From Lingula anatina (taxonomy: Eukaryota; Animalia; Brachiopoda): a stretch of DNA of 64,000 nucleotides. The stretch is taken from assembly GCA_051362555.1 (NCBI GenBank), contig CM120643.1, positions 28,462,848-28,526,847 on the forward strand, written 5' to 3'. The position numbers and the translations under genes are program-made. Positions 1 through 13,591 of the stretch are shown piece after piece; within the stretch, counting starts at the first letter, position 1, and each line of letters opens with the position of its first letter. The notes beneath the pieces were generated by a model. That model searched no databases. It was not told the DNA's origin and saw only the letters and a program-made list of their open reading frames with translations.

Positions 1-1
1 A

Positions 2-167
2 CTGAGGAAACTAGCAGAGGACTACCAAGATGAGTATTCATCAAACGTCATTGCCTTTCTTAAGAATGACTTTTATGTAGACGATGGACTCAAGAGCATC
101 AAGTCAAGTGAAGAAGCTATACGGCTTGTTAGTGAAACAAGAGAGCTGCTGAACAAAGGTAACCTAA
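2..167 (+). pseudogene. pol: BEL1 pol segment 1 (RT, YVDD)
   Basis: Translates LRKLAEDYQDEYSSNVIAFLKNDFYVDDGLKSIKSSEEAIRLVSETRELLNKGNL and continues RLHKLVSN at 2584 once the insertion and one TAA are removed. Confidence 0.92.
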
Positions 168-2580
168 AGGCTGGGTCACACTGCGCTTGCAACCTTTTGG
201 CAACCTCTTTGCAACCTCAGTCGCAAGGAGGTTGCCCTAGGTTTTAAAGTGGTCGCATTAGGTTGCAAACAGGTCGCCTGCGATCGTTGACACACGAAGG
301 CCATTTTTTTTTGCACCGACAACCAGTGCGACTGATAATGAAAACGATTGGTAACTGAGAGGTTGCCGATAGGTCTCCTCTTGGTTGCCAGTAGGTCGCT
401 GTAACCAGACTAAAACCAGTCGCATACCACCTGTAACTGCACGGTCGATTGACGGTCTTTAGTCGCTTAGTTGCAAACAGGGTACTAACCGGTTGCAAGC
501 GGTGGGCAGCAGGTCGCAAGGAGGTTGCAGTTGAAACTTCATGGTCGATTAACGGTCTTTAGTCGCTTGGTCTCTAACAGGTTTCTTACAGCTCGCATGC
601 ACTCGAAAATATGTCGCGAGAAGGTCGCAAGCAACCGTGATAAAATAAGCGTAGGATGGTGGCCACTAAATATATAAATATATTTTTCATTTATATCATG
701 CCATTAAGACTTTCTAAATACCTTGACAAAAATCGTTATTTCTCAATTAAAACGTAGATTGTATTTGTTGTCATCCTTTTAAATTTATTTACAAGGTTTT
801 CATAAGTATTTTTTTTCAATAAAATAAATAAATGTATGAGTCCCTATCAGCCACCATACTTGACTAAAAGTGTTGTAAATAGAAGCCGCTGAGCCCGTGT
901 CTTCAGTCCCCAGTATGTCATCCAACAGCGTGGGAAGGGTGGCCAGAATGTATTTTGAGAAAGCAAATGCCCGTGAAGAAAGTTCTTCACAAAGTTCCAA
1001 CACAGACTCTGCTTCCCACGAAGAGGATCAACCGAAAGATGATGAACGCGGAGGAGACAGGGAGGCTAAATTTACTATTAAAGAGGAAGAAGAATTAGTT
1101 GATTTTTTTTAAGGAAAACGAGTTTTTCTATAACCAACAATTGAAAGACTTTAAAAACAAATCAAATAAAGTGCCAAAACAATCAATAACGATTATCACA
1201 ATGTAAACGATAAACTGTTATCTTTTTATCCATTCCTATATCATGGCTAATTTTTGACAACTATTGTTGTCAAATTTACTGGAAACATTTTTAATGACTA
1301 AAGCAGCCGGAAATATCTTACTTTTTAATTTGCCAAGTCATAATTTGCCAAGTCACAATGGAAGAAAAATTAAACAAATAGGCGGGCGCAGAGAAAAAAG
1401 TAAATAGCAAAGTTTGATTCATACTTTTTACAATAAATTTAATTGTCAGGTATTTTTATAACAGTAAAACAGTGTCACCAATATAAAGAAGGTCAAATAA
1501 ATACAAATTAACTTCCTCCCAGTACTTAGAATTCGTACCACAAGGACGGAAACAAATTGATGACGCGCAGGATCCTTCACTATTTAAAGATGTTGTATTG
1601 TAAGTGTAACGCTTGGGGCTACAAAGACAAAGGGAAAACCACACAATCGGTCGCAAATCAGTTGCTAAGCAGTCGGCGACCTTTTAGCAACCGGTTGGAT
1701 ACCACAAATAGGCTTTTCGGTCGCCAGGAGGTTTTCGGTGCTGCACCGAAAACCGGCGCGATCGGATAGTAACCCAGCGTTCATTTGGAGACCACTTTGC
1801 GAGTTGTTGCAACTTGTCGCCCACCTTTCTGCAACCGGTGACAGTTGCAAGTCGCAAGGAGGTTTTTTGTTCAGTGTGACCGTAACTGCACAGGCCTTGC
1901 GACCTCAAAGATACCAAGTATTGAAAAAAGAAACTATGCATGCCTATTATTACATTAATAAGGCTGAAAAAACATCCAAATATGTGTTTTATTACACCAC
2001 TGGTTTGATATAAATGCCAATATATAGTACAAATATATTTCTTATTTATTATTGTAAGTTTGACAATATTGGTAGTATAGAAATCGACTGTGACGTTATA
2101 ACAGAATCTCATAGCAGAATCATACTTTAATATTCAAAATATTTAATAATTTGAAGCTGCTACGGAACGGATCCAATCGTTGTATAATAATGTTTAAAAT
2201 ATTCCCTCTGTTGTCATCTGAGAGGGAAATTTACGAGAAGGTAGCTATCGTCACAACTTATAAAATATATATAGTCTGTGCAACCTTGCTGCTACCAGTT
2301 GGCAAGCGATCGCTACAGTCCTACAACCGGTTTTCAGTCTCCAAGTGGTTGCTGACAGGTTGTTTATCGCTCGCCTAACGGTGTGCGACTGGTAACCTCT
2401 GACTTGAAGATTGTCTGTAAGAGGTTGCAGATACCATACTGTAACCTTGTTGCAACCGGTTAGCAACTGCTTGCCGATCAAAATATGCAAATTAGGTCGC
2501 AAAGTTATCGCAAGCGACCACCAGATTTTGTGGTTGCAAAGAGGTTGCCAAAAGGTTGCAAGCGCAGTGTGACCCAGCCT
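168..2580. mobile_element. Non-autonomous PIF/Harbinger-type DNA transposon
   Basis: Perfect ~48-bp TIR (aggctgggtcacactgcgcttgcaacc...), TAA TSD at 165-167 and 2581-2583, dense subterminal GCAACC/GGTCGC motifs. Confidence 0.92.
1066..1170 (+). pseudogene. Myb/SANT(MADF)-like remnant of the Harbinger accessory ORF
   Basis: With one frameshift in the T-run it reads KFTIKEEEELVDFF-KENEFFYNQQLKDFKNKSNK, resembling a MADF N-terminus (L..Y..pcLW....dYkN). Confidence 0.6.
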
Positions 2581-2583
2581 TAA

Positions 2584-4982
2584 GACTTCACAAGCTAGTA
2601 TCAAACAACCGCGAAGTGATGAATACAATCCCAATGTCAGAGCAAGCCAAAGAAATGAGAAACATTGACCTTAACAGAGACACGTTGCCAATATGCCCAG
2701 CTTTAGGAGTACAGTGGTGTGTAGAAGCGGACAGTTTTCAGTTTAAGGTCCAGATCAATGATAAGCCATTAACAAGAAGGGGAATTCTCTCCACTGTAAG
2801 TTCCATATTTGACCCTTTAGGCCTTGTCTCACCATTCATCCTTGCCGGTAAGAAAATTCTCCAAGAGCTATGCAGAGACGGTGCAGAGTGGGATGATCAA
2901 GTGCCAGAGAGTATTAGATGCAGGTGGGAAAGATGGCGCTCAGATTTGCTGAACTTAACCAAGTTGAATATACCACGGTGCTATAAGCCAAATGATTTTG
3001 GTGAAGTGACTACTGCAGAACTTCATCACTTCTCAGATGCCAGTGTAGAAGGCCTAGGTCAGTGCAGTTACTTGAAACTTAAAAGCAACACAGGAAGAAT
3101 AGCAACCACATTAGTTATGGGCAAGTCCAAGGTAGCTCCCTCTAAACCAGTGACAGTCCCACGCCTAGAGTTGTCAGCAGCAGTGATGTCTATAAAGGTG
3201 GGGACCTTTCTTGCCAAGGAGTTAGAGTATGAGGACATCACCCATGTGTATTGGACTGACAGCAAGGTTGTTCTAGGGTATGTCAATATTGATGCTTAGA
3301 GATTTCATGTCTTTGTAGCTAATAGAATACAACAAATTAGAGAAGTCAGTCAGCCATCGCAATGGAGGCATGTTAAGTCCAGTGACAACCCAGCTGATAT
3401 AGCCTCCAGGGGAACAGGTGTGACAGAGCTACTACAGAATGAACAGTGGTGGAATGGGCCAGACTTCCTGCTCATTGATGAACCACTATCTACCACTGAT
3501 ACCCAATTCAGACTAGCACCAGATGACCCAGAAGTACGCAAATCTGAAGTCAATGTATTTGCTACTAAAGTAGAAACCAACCACGATCACTTGTCTGATG
3601 TATTGAAAAGGTTTTCTTCCTGGAACAGAGCAACACGAGTTGTTACGTGGTGTTTACGATTCATACAGAAGCTGAAACGAGCTAAGAACAGGAAATCTAC
3701 ACAGCAGAACACAGTTGAGACCAGCAATGAACCGTTGAATGTTCAAGAAATACAAGTGGCAGAAAAGATCATTCTCAAGTCAACACAGACTGCTACATTT
3801 GAGAAGGAAATTGAAATACTGAAAGCAATTAACAGAGAAGATAACAGTGAACACACAGGGAGAAAACAGGCAAGATATCGCAACGGACAAATCAAGAAAA
3901 CCAGTTCACTATACCGCCTAGACCCATTTTTATGTGAAGATGGACTACTCAGAGTAGGTGGTCGTATAAAGAGGGCAAATCTACCCAGAGAGCTTACACA
4001 CCCAGTGATTCTGCCTAAGCATCATCACGTTACAAATCTCATAATTGACCACTATCATACACTATGCGGACATTCAGGAAGTGGCATTACTCTTAATGAA
4101 GTCCGAGCTAGTGGTTATTGGATAATTTCTGGCCGTGCAAAGATTGGATCATATATATGGAAATGTGTGACCTGTCGTAAGCTACGAGCAAACTCACAGA
4201 GTCAGAAAATGTCAGATCTTCCAGCTGACAGACTGGAACCAGCACCTCCATTCACCTACAGTGCAGTAGATTTCTTTGGACCATTCTATGTGAAGGAGGG
4301 AAGAAAGCAGATGAAGAGATATGGTGCTATGTTTACATGTTTAGCATCACGTGCTATTCATATAGAAGTTGCATATTCACTCAGCACAGATTCTTACATT
4401 AACTGCTACAGACGCTTTGTATGCAGGCGTGGACCAGTACGTCTACTCAGAGCAGACCGTGGAACCAATTTCATTGGAGTTAAGGGAGAACAAGAAACTG
4501 CCTTTATGGATATGGATCAGGACAAGATCAGGAGAGAACTTCTGAAAGGCCACTGTGACTGGATTCAGTTTGAAATGAATGTTCCTCATGCTTCACATAT
4601 GGGAGGCGTGTGGGAAAGGATGATCAGATCAGCCAGAAATGCTTTATCAGGACTTCTCACAGCTCACAGTGACCGTTTAGATGATGATTCCTTGTCCACA
4701 TTGTTAACTGAGGCAGAAGCCATAGTTAACAGTAGACCTTTGACTTACATTGATACACAGTCACCAGATTCTCCAATGCCTTTGTCTCCAAATCAGCTCC
4801 TGACCCTGAAAACTAAGGTCGTGATGCCACCACCTGGGAATTTCATAAGGAGAGACACATACCTTCATCGAAGATGGCGACATGTTCAATATCTAGCCAA
4901 TGAATTTTGGAGCAGGTGGAGAAAGGAATTTCTTCCTACATTACAAGAGAGAAAAAAGTGAATCAAACAACATAGAGATGTA
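2584..4982 (+). pseudogene. pol: BEL1 pol segment 2 (RT end, RNase H, integrase); in-frame stops at 3297-3299 and 4959-4961
   Basis: ORFs 2556-3299 and 3420-4961 share a frame across a single TAG (DA*RFHVFVANR). HHCC zinc finger (HYH..GHSG..CVTC) and DDE motifs are present. TGA replaces the usual W in 'ERKKW'. Confidence 0.95.
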
Positions 4983-5724
4983 CAGTAGTAATAAAAATTA
5001 TGTTTCCGTTGTACGACGTTTTAAAAACGTCAGAAATGTTTTAATCCCTATCCTATGAATAGAAGGGGGCGGACAAACAATGGAGAGTCGTCTAATCCCT
5101 TCAAAATTCGAACGCAAAAACACAATAGTTTAGGCGTAATAACACACAATACCTTAGGCGAGTGAACCCCATGACGCCTGTTTCTGTGGTCCAGCGCGAG
5201 CGTGACAATATGCTGTGACTAGACGTAATAAACAGCAGGATACATCAGCCAGAAGGTGCCAATTGTTTGTTGCAGCGGTAGGCTCATAGCTTTAAGATGC
5301 TAGAACCCATGCTAACGCGTGCCACTCAGGTGGCCACCTATCCTTTTGTTCACTAGCTTGGCACACGCAGCTGATCATGTTTTAAATGTTGCAAGAAAAC
5401 TGCTACTTTAACTTAGTATCAGTTATTTAATTCAATATGAAGTGTTCTGTGGTCAAAAATTGAATTTGATAAACATGCATCAGCATCGTACATCAGCATG
5501 ATCAACAAATCACCCCGTCTCAAAAAGTTTAAAGATGCTCCGTACACAAATTTCCATCATCGCGACCTGTGTAAAAATAGATTACTGTTTAGAAATAGCA
5601 AAGAAAGAAACATTATTAAAACAATTTATTCACATTACAAGCTGACGTGTTGCCTCAGTTACTACATTAAGTTACATTTTATATAAAATAATAGAGCGAA
5701 TCCGTAAATAAATAAATAAATAAA

Positions 5725-5899
5725 CAGGCCCGCAGCCAGGGGGAGTTCGGGAGGTTCAAAAGACCCCTCCCCCCCTTTTGCTGAAAAAAAGGTCCACTCT
5801 GGGTAAAATTTGACATAACTACATGGGGATTTTTCGATAAAAGGTCCACTTTTTCAGAAAAAGACCCCCCCCCCCCCCCTTTGAAATTGCTGGCTACGG
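5725..5899. mobile_element. Small hAT-like MITE in an (AAAT)n tract inside the TA element (also at 20882-21053)
   Basis: Termini caggcccgcagccag / ctggctacgg(gcttg), G/C-run interior. It is present in both long copies, so it predates their duplication. Confidence 0.65.
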
Positions 5900-8800
5900 A
5901 AATAAATAAATAAATAAATAATTTAAAGAATAAAGTAAATAATTAGATGACATTAAGAATCAAATAAAAAATAGATAAAAAATAGATGATATAAATCATT
6001 AAATAAAAGATAAATTATTTCAAATAATTTCATAAATAAATTATGATTTAATAATTAAATAAATAAATCGCTGTGAAGAAATAATCATTGTCGCCGCTAA
6101 CGCGGTGAGTGTATACCCATTATCAGGGCCACAGACTTTCACTGGTTACCAGTATAGACAGATATGTATCTGTTTATTTGATGGGACTTTTTTGCACGCG
6201 CGTTATGGGAACGAGCATATAAACTAACTTCTTTTAAGATTAAAGTGAGTGTCCTATCATTTGAAAGCCAACAAAATATTTCTTTCCACATTAGATAAAT
6301 TAGCCTCATAATTACATTTGTAATTTTATAACCGGGTGTATGTAACTCTTCGCTGTTCAGTAACAGTTATAAAGGAAAGTTAGATTTTGCTTGTATAAAA
6401 CACACTTTTTATTTTGATAAAAATCGACTGAGCACGAAGCATAATGATATTAGGCTTTCGATGATGATTGTGCATGAAGCGTCAAGTCATTTTTCCTTTC
6501 ATAATAGTGCTGGGCACCCAGGTGTTGAATCTTTTACTCGACGTGCATCTCCTAATATTGTATAGGCATGATTTCAGGTTGTTGGGAGCGATGACGATTG
6601 CGTTCAAAATGGGTTGTTTGCAGCACAAAGCCCTTATGCTTTATGATATATGTGAATAAACCTAGCTTACTAAATAACTATTACCAAAGTAAAGCAGGGC
6701 TTTAGGTTTAACAGTCTAAGATTTATTCAATATAGGCAGTTAACTTGGACCAGTCTTGTTTCATTAACTTTGCGAATGAGTCTCCGTCGTCAACGTAAAT
6801 TTCCAATATGATTTTACATCACTTATCTGATTTAACAATCTTCTTGTTTAGGTTTTGTTTAAGGTTGTATGAGAAAAGATAATGATCGCGTTTAACAATA
6901 GATTGAGGGCTACAGTAAGTCCCTCCTCTTTGGGCGATGTCGAAGACTGTTGATTCAACGTACTTTCATAAACATGTAGTGTGACCACACTGTCAGCCAT
7001 CCCCCTTGTTGCACGTTCCAAGTGATTTGTCTCATAACTATGACAAGGCGTTCTTTTTTCTCGTTGTTGTTTAAAAACGGACCACTTTGTCAAGGCTAAT
7101 TGCTTAGCTCTTTGCGCGTCATATGTACTTTGCTCTTTGCGCGTCATATGTAAACGCTAAGATATGAATGTTATACCCGCGTCGGTAGTTGATTGTTTTG
7201 CCCAGGCGCCGCACTTATGCTTTCTTACTAGAGCGATCTAGAACAATTAAGTCGCTAGTTTTCCCTGTTTGTAACTGTAGCACAATATGTTCGACATGCC
7301 GTTTCTGCACGACAGCCGGAGACACAGTAATTGTACAAGCCATGGTTAAAGCTTGTTCGAGAGATAATAACAGTCGCGTTTAACAAAAGATAGTAAGACC
7401 CCCTCCTATTTAACTGATGTCTTACACTGTTAATATTGACCGCACTTTCATATATTATGTAATACACTGTCAGACTTTCCCCTGTTGCACGTTGGCGTTG
7501 GGTGGTACTTGTGCCTCTGTCAATGCACCTCATTTAGTTTTTATATATTTACCGCATAATCCTTTGTGGTTTAGAGTTATTAGTTTAGTAGTAGGAATAG
7601 GATGCTTGGACAAAAAGCTTCTAGTCAACTCGCTTAGACCTAGGGTGTGATGCTGTTATCATCCGAGGAAACGCCTACACTGAATCCTCTACCTGAAGTC
7701 CCCCTAGCTGAAACAAAAAATGCCCCTTGAACCGATCCATTTTTAAAGCGTCGAATCATTTTTGATATCACTGAGCGTCTTTAAACGAAAGCTTTTAAGT
7801 GACAAAAACAGAACCGTGTGGTGATTATTTATTAAAGCGTAGGTTTATTCATCATGATCTATTTTGTAAACAATACTTGCCTAGATTTTACTTGGATTGA
7901 TCATCGTCACTGTTTGGCTACTCGCCTATAATGCGTGCTGAACGACAGACAACTTATAAATATTATCTGTGTTACTGCATGTGTATATGACCACGTTTAG
8001 TTAAAATAGGACGGTGTCGGTGATTTAATCCATCCAACATATTTATATTTCTTCTTTTAAAACCAGTGTTAGGTTAACATCAAGTCAAAGCAAGCCTTGC
8101 AGATTGATTTTGTTTAAATTTTCGTAAATTAAGTAAAGCTAAGTAAAGCCTGTTTCTAGTTTATCCACGCTATAAAACTGCATGAATGATAACAAGTCTC
8201 TGTAGCCAATTAACTTTCACAATGCCCTGTGCTTTAGAGTCCCATGTTATACAATAAAATGAGTATGGCCTGAGAGAAATATAAATATGAGGCCGTGTAT
8301 GAAGATGTTTCAAGTAATAAAAATCAAGAATTTAAACAATACTTAATAAGTCATTTACTTAATAAGTCACTTAATAAGTCATTTAACAAAATTGCATCTA
8401 ATATTTCAGATAAACCTCCAATTTTATCGATCTCAACGCCTTGTCTGATGTTAACATGTAGGCGGTATACTCCAATATTAATTGCGAACAATATCAACAG
8501 CGACTCGAGATTGTTGCCTGTCTTTCACACTTTTACACAAACTTATGAAGGGTTAATAAAAGGATTCGCGTTGCGACATCTATCTCTATCTTTCGGACAA
8601 GCAAATTAAGGGCTGACCCGAAGTAAGCTTTCATAACTAATTTCTCTTTGACTGTACAGGGGTTTATTGTAATTACTCCACTTGGTCGCCTCCATTGTCT
8701 TGTACCAGTGACAAAGAATATGTTTTCACACGCTATTTTACATAACTCCTTTACCTTGTGTCTTTATCAAGGTTATAATCAGTTTGAATAGGTTGTCTTG

Positions 8801-9773
8801 CCTCACTTAAAAAGGGAGTTGTTCTTCACACTGGTTGTTGCCTAACTTATGCTAACCTACTTTGTACAAATATGGTTTTAATAAATCGCCAAAATTATGA
8901 CACTAGTGAACATTGTGTATCAAACGTTTTGATACGATTAAATAAATGTGCAGGAAGGATTACGGAATGAGTTACTATTTACCTCCCCCCCCCCCACGCG
9001 CCCCCCCCCCCCAAAAAAAAAAAAAAATGCTCTTTTGATTTCGAAATGAATTTGTTTTTAACGCAGAGAAGTCCAATACCCCTTTCACGACTCAGTCATT
9101 GTACAGCATGTTGTAATCGATATTTAAAAAAGTTAATTTTTGTACCCCGCCTTTCAGTGTTTATTGTGGTGCTTGCTTTCATCGGGGACACTGCCTGTTG
9201 AGGTTACAATTACGTCGCTAGCCTATCTCCATAGGTTACTGGAATATATCTAAGTACACGTAAAGCTTTGTAAAGTCTCTTTTGTCACACATCATAGTTA
9301 TTGAATTTTGTCTTGTATGAAAAAATACCCTCAAATTATCGTTTTGTGCTTAAACATTTCATAACTTGGACCGAAGTTTGATATACAGTGTACTGTAGCT
9401 ACAATGGCATTCCTCAAGTTGGGTCTGCTGGGGGAGGGGGGCATTTAAATGATAAACGAAGAAGTCCACCTGTAAACAGCAGCGGTTTAACTGACCGCTA
9501 TCTCGGTTCCTTTTTCTTTGACAGCATCATAAAAATTTTAATTTCATCATAGAAATGTTAATCCAGTGTTAACAAGATCTAGCGAAACATTTTATTTCAA
9601 AATAAATTTATATGTGATTTTACCTCTGTCGTTTGTGTTATTTCAAACAAAACGATTTCCTGAAAGACCAACTTTAAAATGTATGTCTATTCAGCAAAAT
9701 AATGTAATTTAATACAACTATGAGTAATGTATTTAAACTATGGCCGTATATGCGATGGCCATGTGGAATTTTA

Positions 9774-12700
9774 GGCTTCGTTCACATGCAATGTCTATTT
9801 TCTAAATTCTATTTTCTATTTGCGGTATGTCTTATGATCACGGTCTGTGGCCTGAATATCCCGCGGCGTAATTACTGGCAGCGCAAGCCAGTTACTATAA
9901 GTTACTATAAGCTTGGACCTAAATAGAGAAGGACAAGTAACGCGGCATCTTCCTTTGAAGCTATGTGCGTTCGGGTAAACATTCGCCTATTGTCTCACAT
10001 AATCTGTTTTGATAGCTCCACGGGCGTCTGAACAGCTTATTATCAAGGTAGCGCGCGCTGTGCTTCAGTGCATTTCTATTGTTTCTCTGCATTGATAACG
10101 CAATTTCTCGCAGTCCCTCGTGGTTGCTATGATACAGCATTGCCGCCATCTTGCAGTTGCGAGCACACGGGTTTCCGTCAACACGTGGATATTTTTTGAG
10201 GGGTTTTCGGCATTTTCCCCCGTTACCTCATAAAAACGGGGTGTGAAGTTTGTCTTCAATACCTGCTGTCTTTCCCTGTCCGTGAGGTAGTCTCTGACAG
10301 GACAGGAATACGCACCCAACGACCGGAAATCTCATTCCTACATGTAGCTGTCACACCCCGGAAGATCAATCAAACTTACACAAGAACTGACTGCTGGTGA
10401 ATCAGACAAATTAAAAATGGACCTTTTTAGCATGTTTGTGAAATTATATATTACCATTAGGGGCCACTCATTTCGCAGATAGCTTAAAGAAAAGTACCAA
10501 GAATCTGTGTCTGCATCTACGAAAGAAAAAGGATTGAGAAGGTCTCTCAAAAGGAAGAGCAGAATTACAGCTTGAATTATTACCTAGATTTTCAACAAAC
10601 AGACAGTATGATCTTGTGCATTTATAACATTTGGGTTTTTTTCACTTAGCAATTAAGATCTTAATTAGAAATTTCTTGTAGGTTTACATTAATTTTAATT
10701 AGTTATTTAAAAGTCAGATTTGTCGTATTAGTTTGGTAGAAAATAATACACCAGGTACCAAAATATGGTTTTCTGTTTTCAGTAACTGAAAAGCAGTCAG
10801 AATTCAAGAACTTATTATAAGTATTTATAATATTTGGTTTTTCAGTCAGCAACTATCTTTCATTTATATTTCGTTTTATTTTTCATTAAAAGTTACCCGT
10901 TTACAATATGAGATTAATTTCACCAATACTGATCTTATGGTAATAAAAAATGCATATATTTGACATAAAATCTTCTTTTTATTTCTTTTCACTTCCTTTT
11001 TTTTTACACAACTTAATATATTATAATAATAAAAGATTTGACAAATAAGACGCATATCACTGCAAGAGGGTCAAAGTCAAATGTGAGTATGAATTTTATC
11101 AGGATCAGATTTTTTAAACCTGTAGTTAGTGTATTCTGAGGTAATTGAATATGCAATTTCAATCAAGCAAGAAAAAACTGTCTAAGCATATAATCCATGT
11201 TTTTTACATTTCATTTTTTTTTTCATCATAAGATAGAAAATATAAAACAACTTGAGTACATTCCAATATTTATTATTAAAAAAAAGTAAACATTAAAAAT
11301 GCTTGTTACAAAGCTAGTGATGATGAATATACAATACATATGCAGTTTTCTTGTCTTGTCTCTTTTTGTGAAAGTCATGTTGGAGTTCTTTCCTATTTGT
11401 ATCACGAGTAGTATTAACTTATTTATAAAAGGTATAAACTAATTTCTTATTGACCTATGTGAATTATTGTCCAAATGTTTAATTAGTGCGTCTCCTCTTG
11501 GGCAATGGTGCATTGTCCAATTTTAACTTTCCGGCATCTTGTGGAGAGAATCTGGAAGAGAAAAAGAATGTTTTTATCACAAACTACTATAAATGACAAT
11601 TACCTTTTTTACTTCTACTTGGACATTTGAGCCACAGGTAAGCCTTATCAAATGCATCTCAAGATTCTACCTGTCAGGTAGATTTTCCCTCTAGTTAAAT
11701 TTACTTCCCTTGTTAGGCATGGGCTTTCTAGATCATTATCAGCCAGGTAACTAAACCGTCAGGCCCTTTGATGATTTGATAAAGCCAGCTAGGTGCTATC
11801 CAAAGGCATGTCTCAGGATTATTTCAAAGATTTCAAGCACCTGATAACAAGATAATGCAATGTAGCAAGGCAATTACAGAGGTGAGACTCTTATCACAAA
11901 TGTGATCAAGATCTACTTTTATGACCATTACCCAAGTAAATATAATCATGAACTTTGCATGTGTACATGTCCACATATACACTTTCACTATAAGACCAAT
12001 GAGGGTGTTTGTCAATCGTCTTTATTCTGTTTAGGGAATCCAATTTAAAAATGAAAAACTATTAATTATCATTCTCAAACTGGAGCTCAAACTGTGAATA
12101 TACATATATACTTCAAAGTAGTGTTAATATTAACTTTGATAAAAGGATATTAAAAGGCCCACAGGTGCGTTTATGTATGTCACAATTGCATGGGTGGTGC
12201 CATATTGCAATGATAGCCCATATTAAGAGTTAAAAAAATAATAATTATCATTCTCAGACTGGAGCTGACTGTAGCCGGTAATGTGTAAATATATATATAC
12301 TTTAGAGCAGTGTTAATGTCAACTTTGATTAAAGAATATTAAAAGGATCACAGGTGCGTTTTTGTGTGTCATAATTGCATGTGTGGTGCCATATTGCAAT
12401 GATAGCCCATATTGAGAGTTAAAAAAATAATTATTATCATTCTCAGACCGGAGCTGACTGTAGCCGGTAATGTGTAAAAATATACATACTTTAGAGCAGT
12501 GTTAATGTCAACTTTGATAAAAGGATATTTAAAGAATCACAGGTGCGTGATTGTGTGTCATAATTGCATGTGTGGTGCCATACTGTAATGATAGCCCATA
12601 TTGAGAGTTAAAAAAATAATAATTATCATTCTCAGACCGGAGCTGACTGTAGCCGGTAATGTGTAAATATATATATACTTCAGAGCAGTGTTAATGTCAA

Positions 12701-13591
12701 CTTTGATAAAAGGATATTAAAAGGGTCACAGGTGCGTTTTTGTGTGTCACAATTGCATGTGTGGTGCCATGTTGCAACGAGAGCCCATATTAAGAGTTAA
12801 AAATATTAATTATCATTCCATAATTCGGGCTCACTTCAGCAAGTAACATAAACCTATACATATAGTACACAGCGGTGTTGATGCCACCTTTATCTAAACC
12901 GTACGTAAAAAATACCAGACCTAAAACGATGTCGGCGAGTCGAATAAATCGCAAAGGAATTGCGTCATTTTAATTCAAAACACGATTTGAGGTTAAATTA
13001 TTGCCGCATCTAAGGCTAATTCTTTACATAGAGGTAAAATTTCGAGACTAGAAATATTTTTCTATCGGATCATAGCTAAAGACAAGTATTCGACACTGCA
13101 GTTGTACAATTTTAAACACTCATTTTACGGCAACAAACACGATTGCCTTCACCATATTGGGCATTTTGAATTCCTCCATGAACAAACATACCTTATTCTC
13201 ATCTAGCATCCAAAATAGCAAAAGAAATTGTACTTACATTTTATCTCTATAAGTGTCTTGACTCATCCACCCGAACGTTTTCCTCGCGTTATCATCAGCT
13301 ACCTGTCCAAATGACACAAAAAGTCATCAACAGCCGCGATATGCTCGCTACCTGTACGGGAGGTCACGTGATCCGAACGCACATCGTTTCGCGAAGAGCT
13401 CGCGCTAAGCCGATTATCCTTTGATCTTTCTCCGCGTTACTTGTCCTTCTCTAGTTAGGTCCAAGCTATAAGTAACTGGCTCGCGCTGCCAGTAATTACG
13501 CGGCGGGATATTTAGGGCACAGACCGTGATCATAAGATAGCGCAAATAGAAAATAGAAATTAGAAAATAGACATTGCATGTGAACGAAGCC
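9774..13591. mobile_element. Long-TIR DNA transposon with TTA TSD (Harbinger-like), non-autonomous
   Basis: ~160-170-bp TIRs (9774-9945 vs 13432-13591, ggcttcgttcacatgcaatg...). TTA at 9771-9773 and 13592-13594. The empty site is visible in copy 2 near 17240. Confidence 0.88.
12060..12830. repeat. Tandem repeat, ~188-bp unit, ~4 copies
   Basis: aattatcattctcagac(t/c)ggagctgactgtagccgg... recurs at about 12064, 12244, 12433, 12621 and 12808. Confidence 0.9.

Noticed and set aside
7255-7533. 92-aa ORF conserved in both TA-element copies
   Set aside because: It has a non-ATG start and no motifs, lies in a degenerate repeat, and its conservation just reflects recent duplication.
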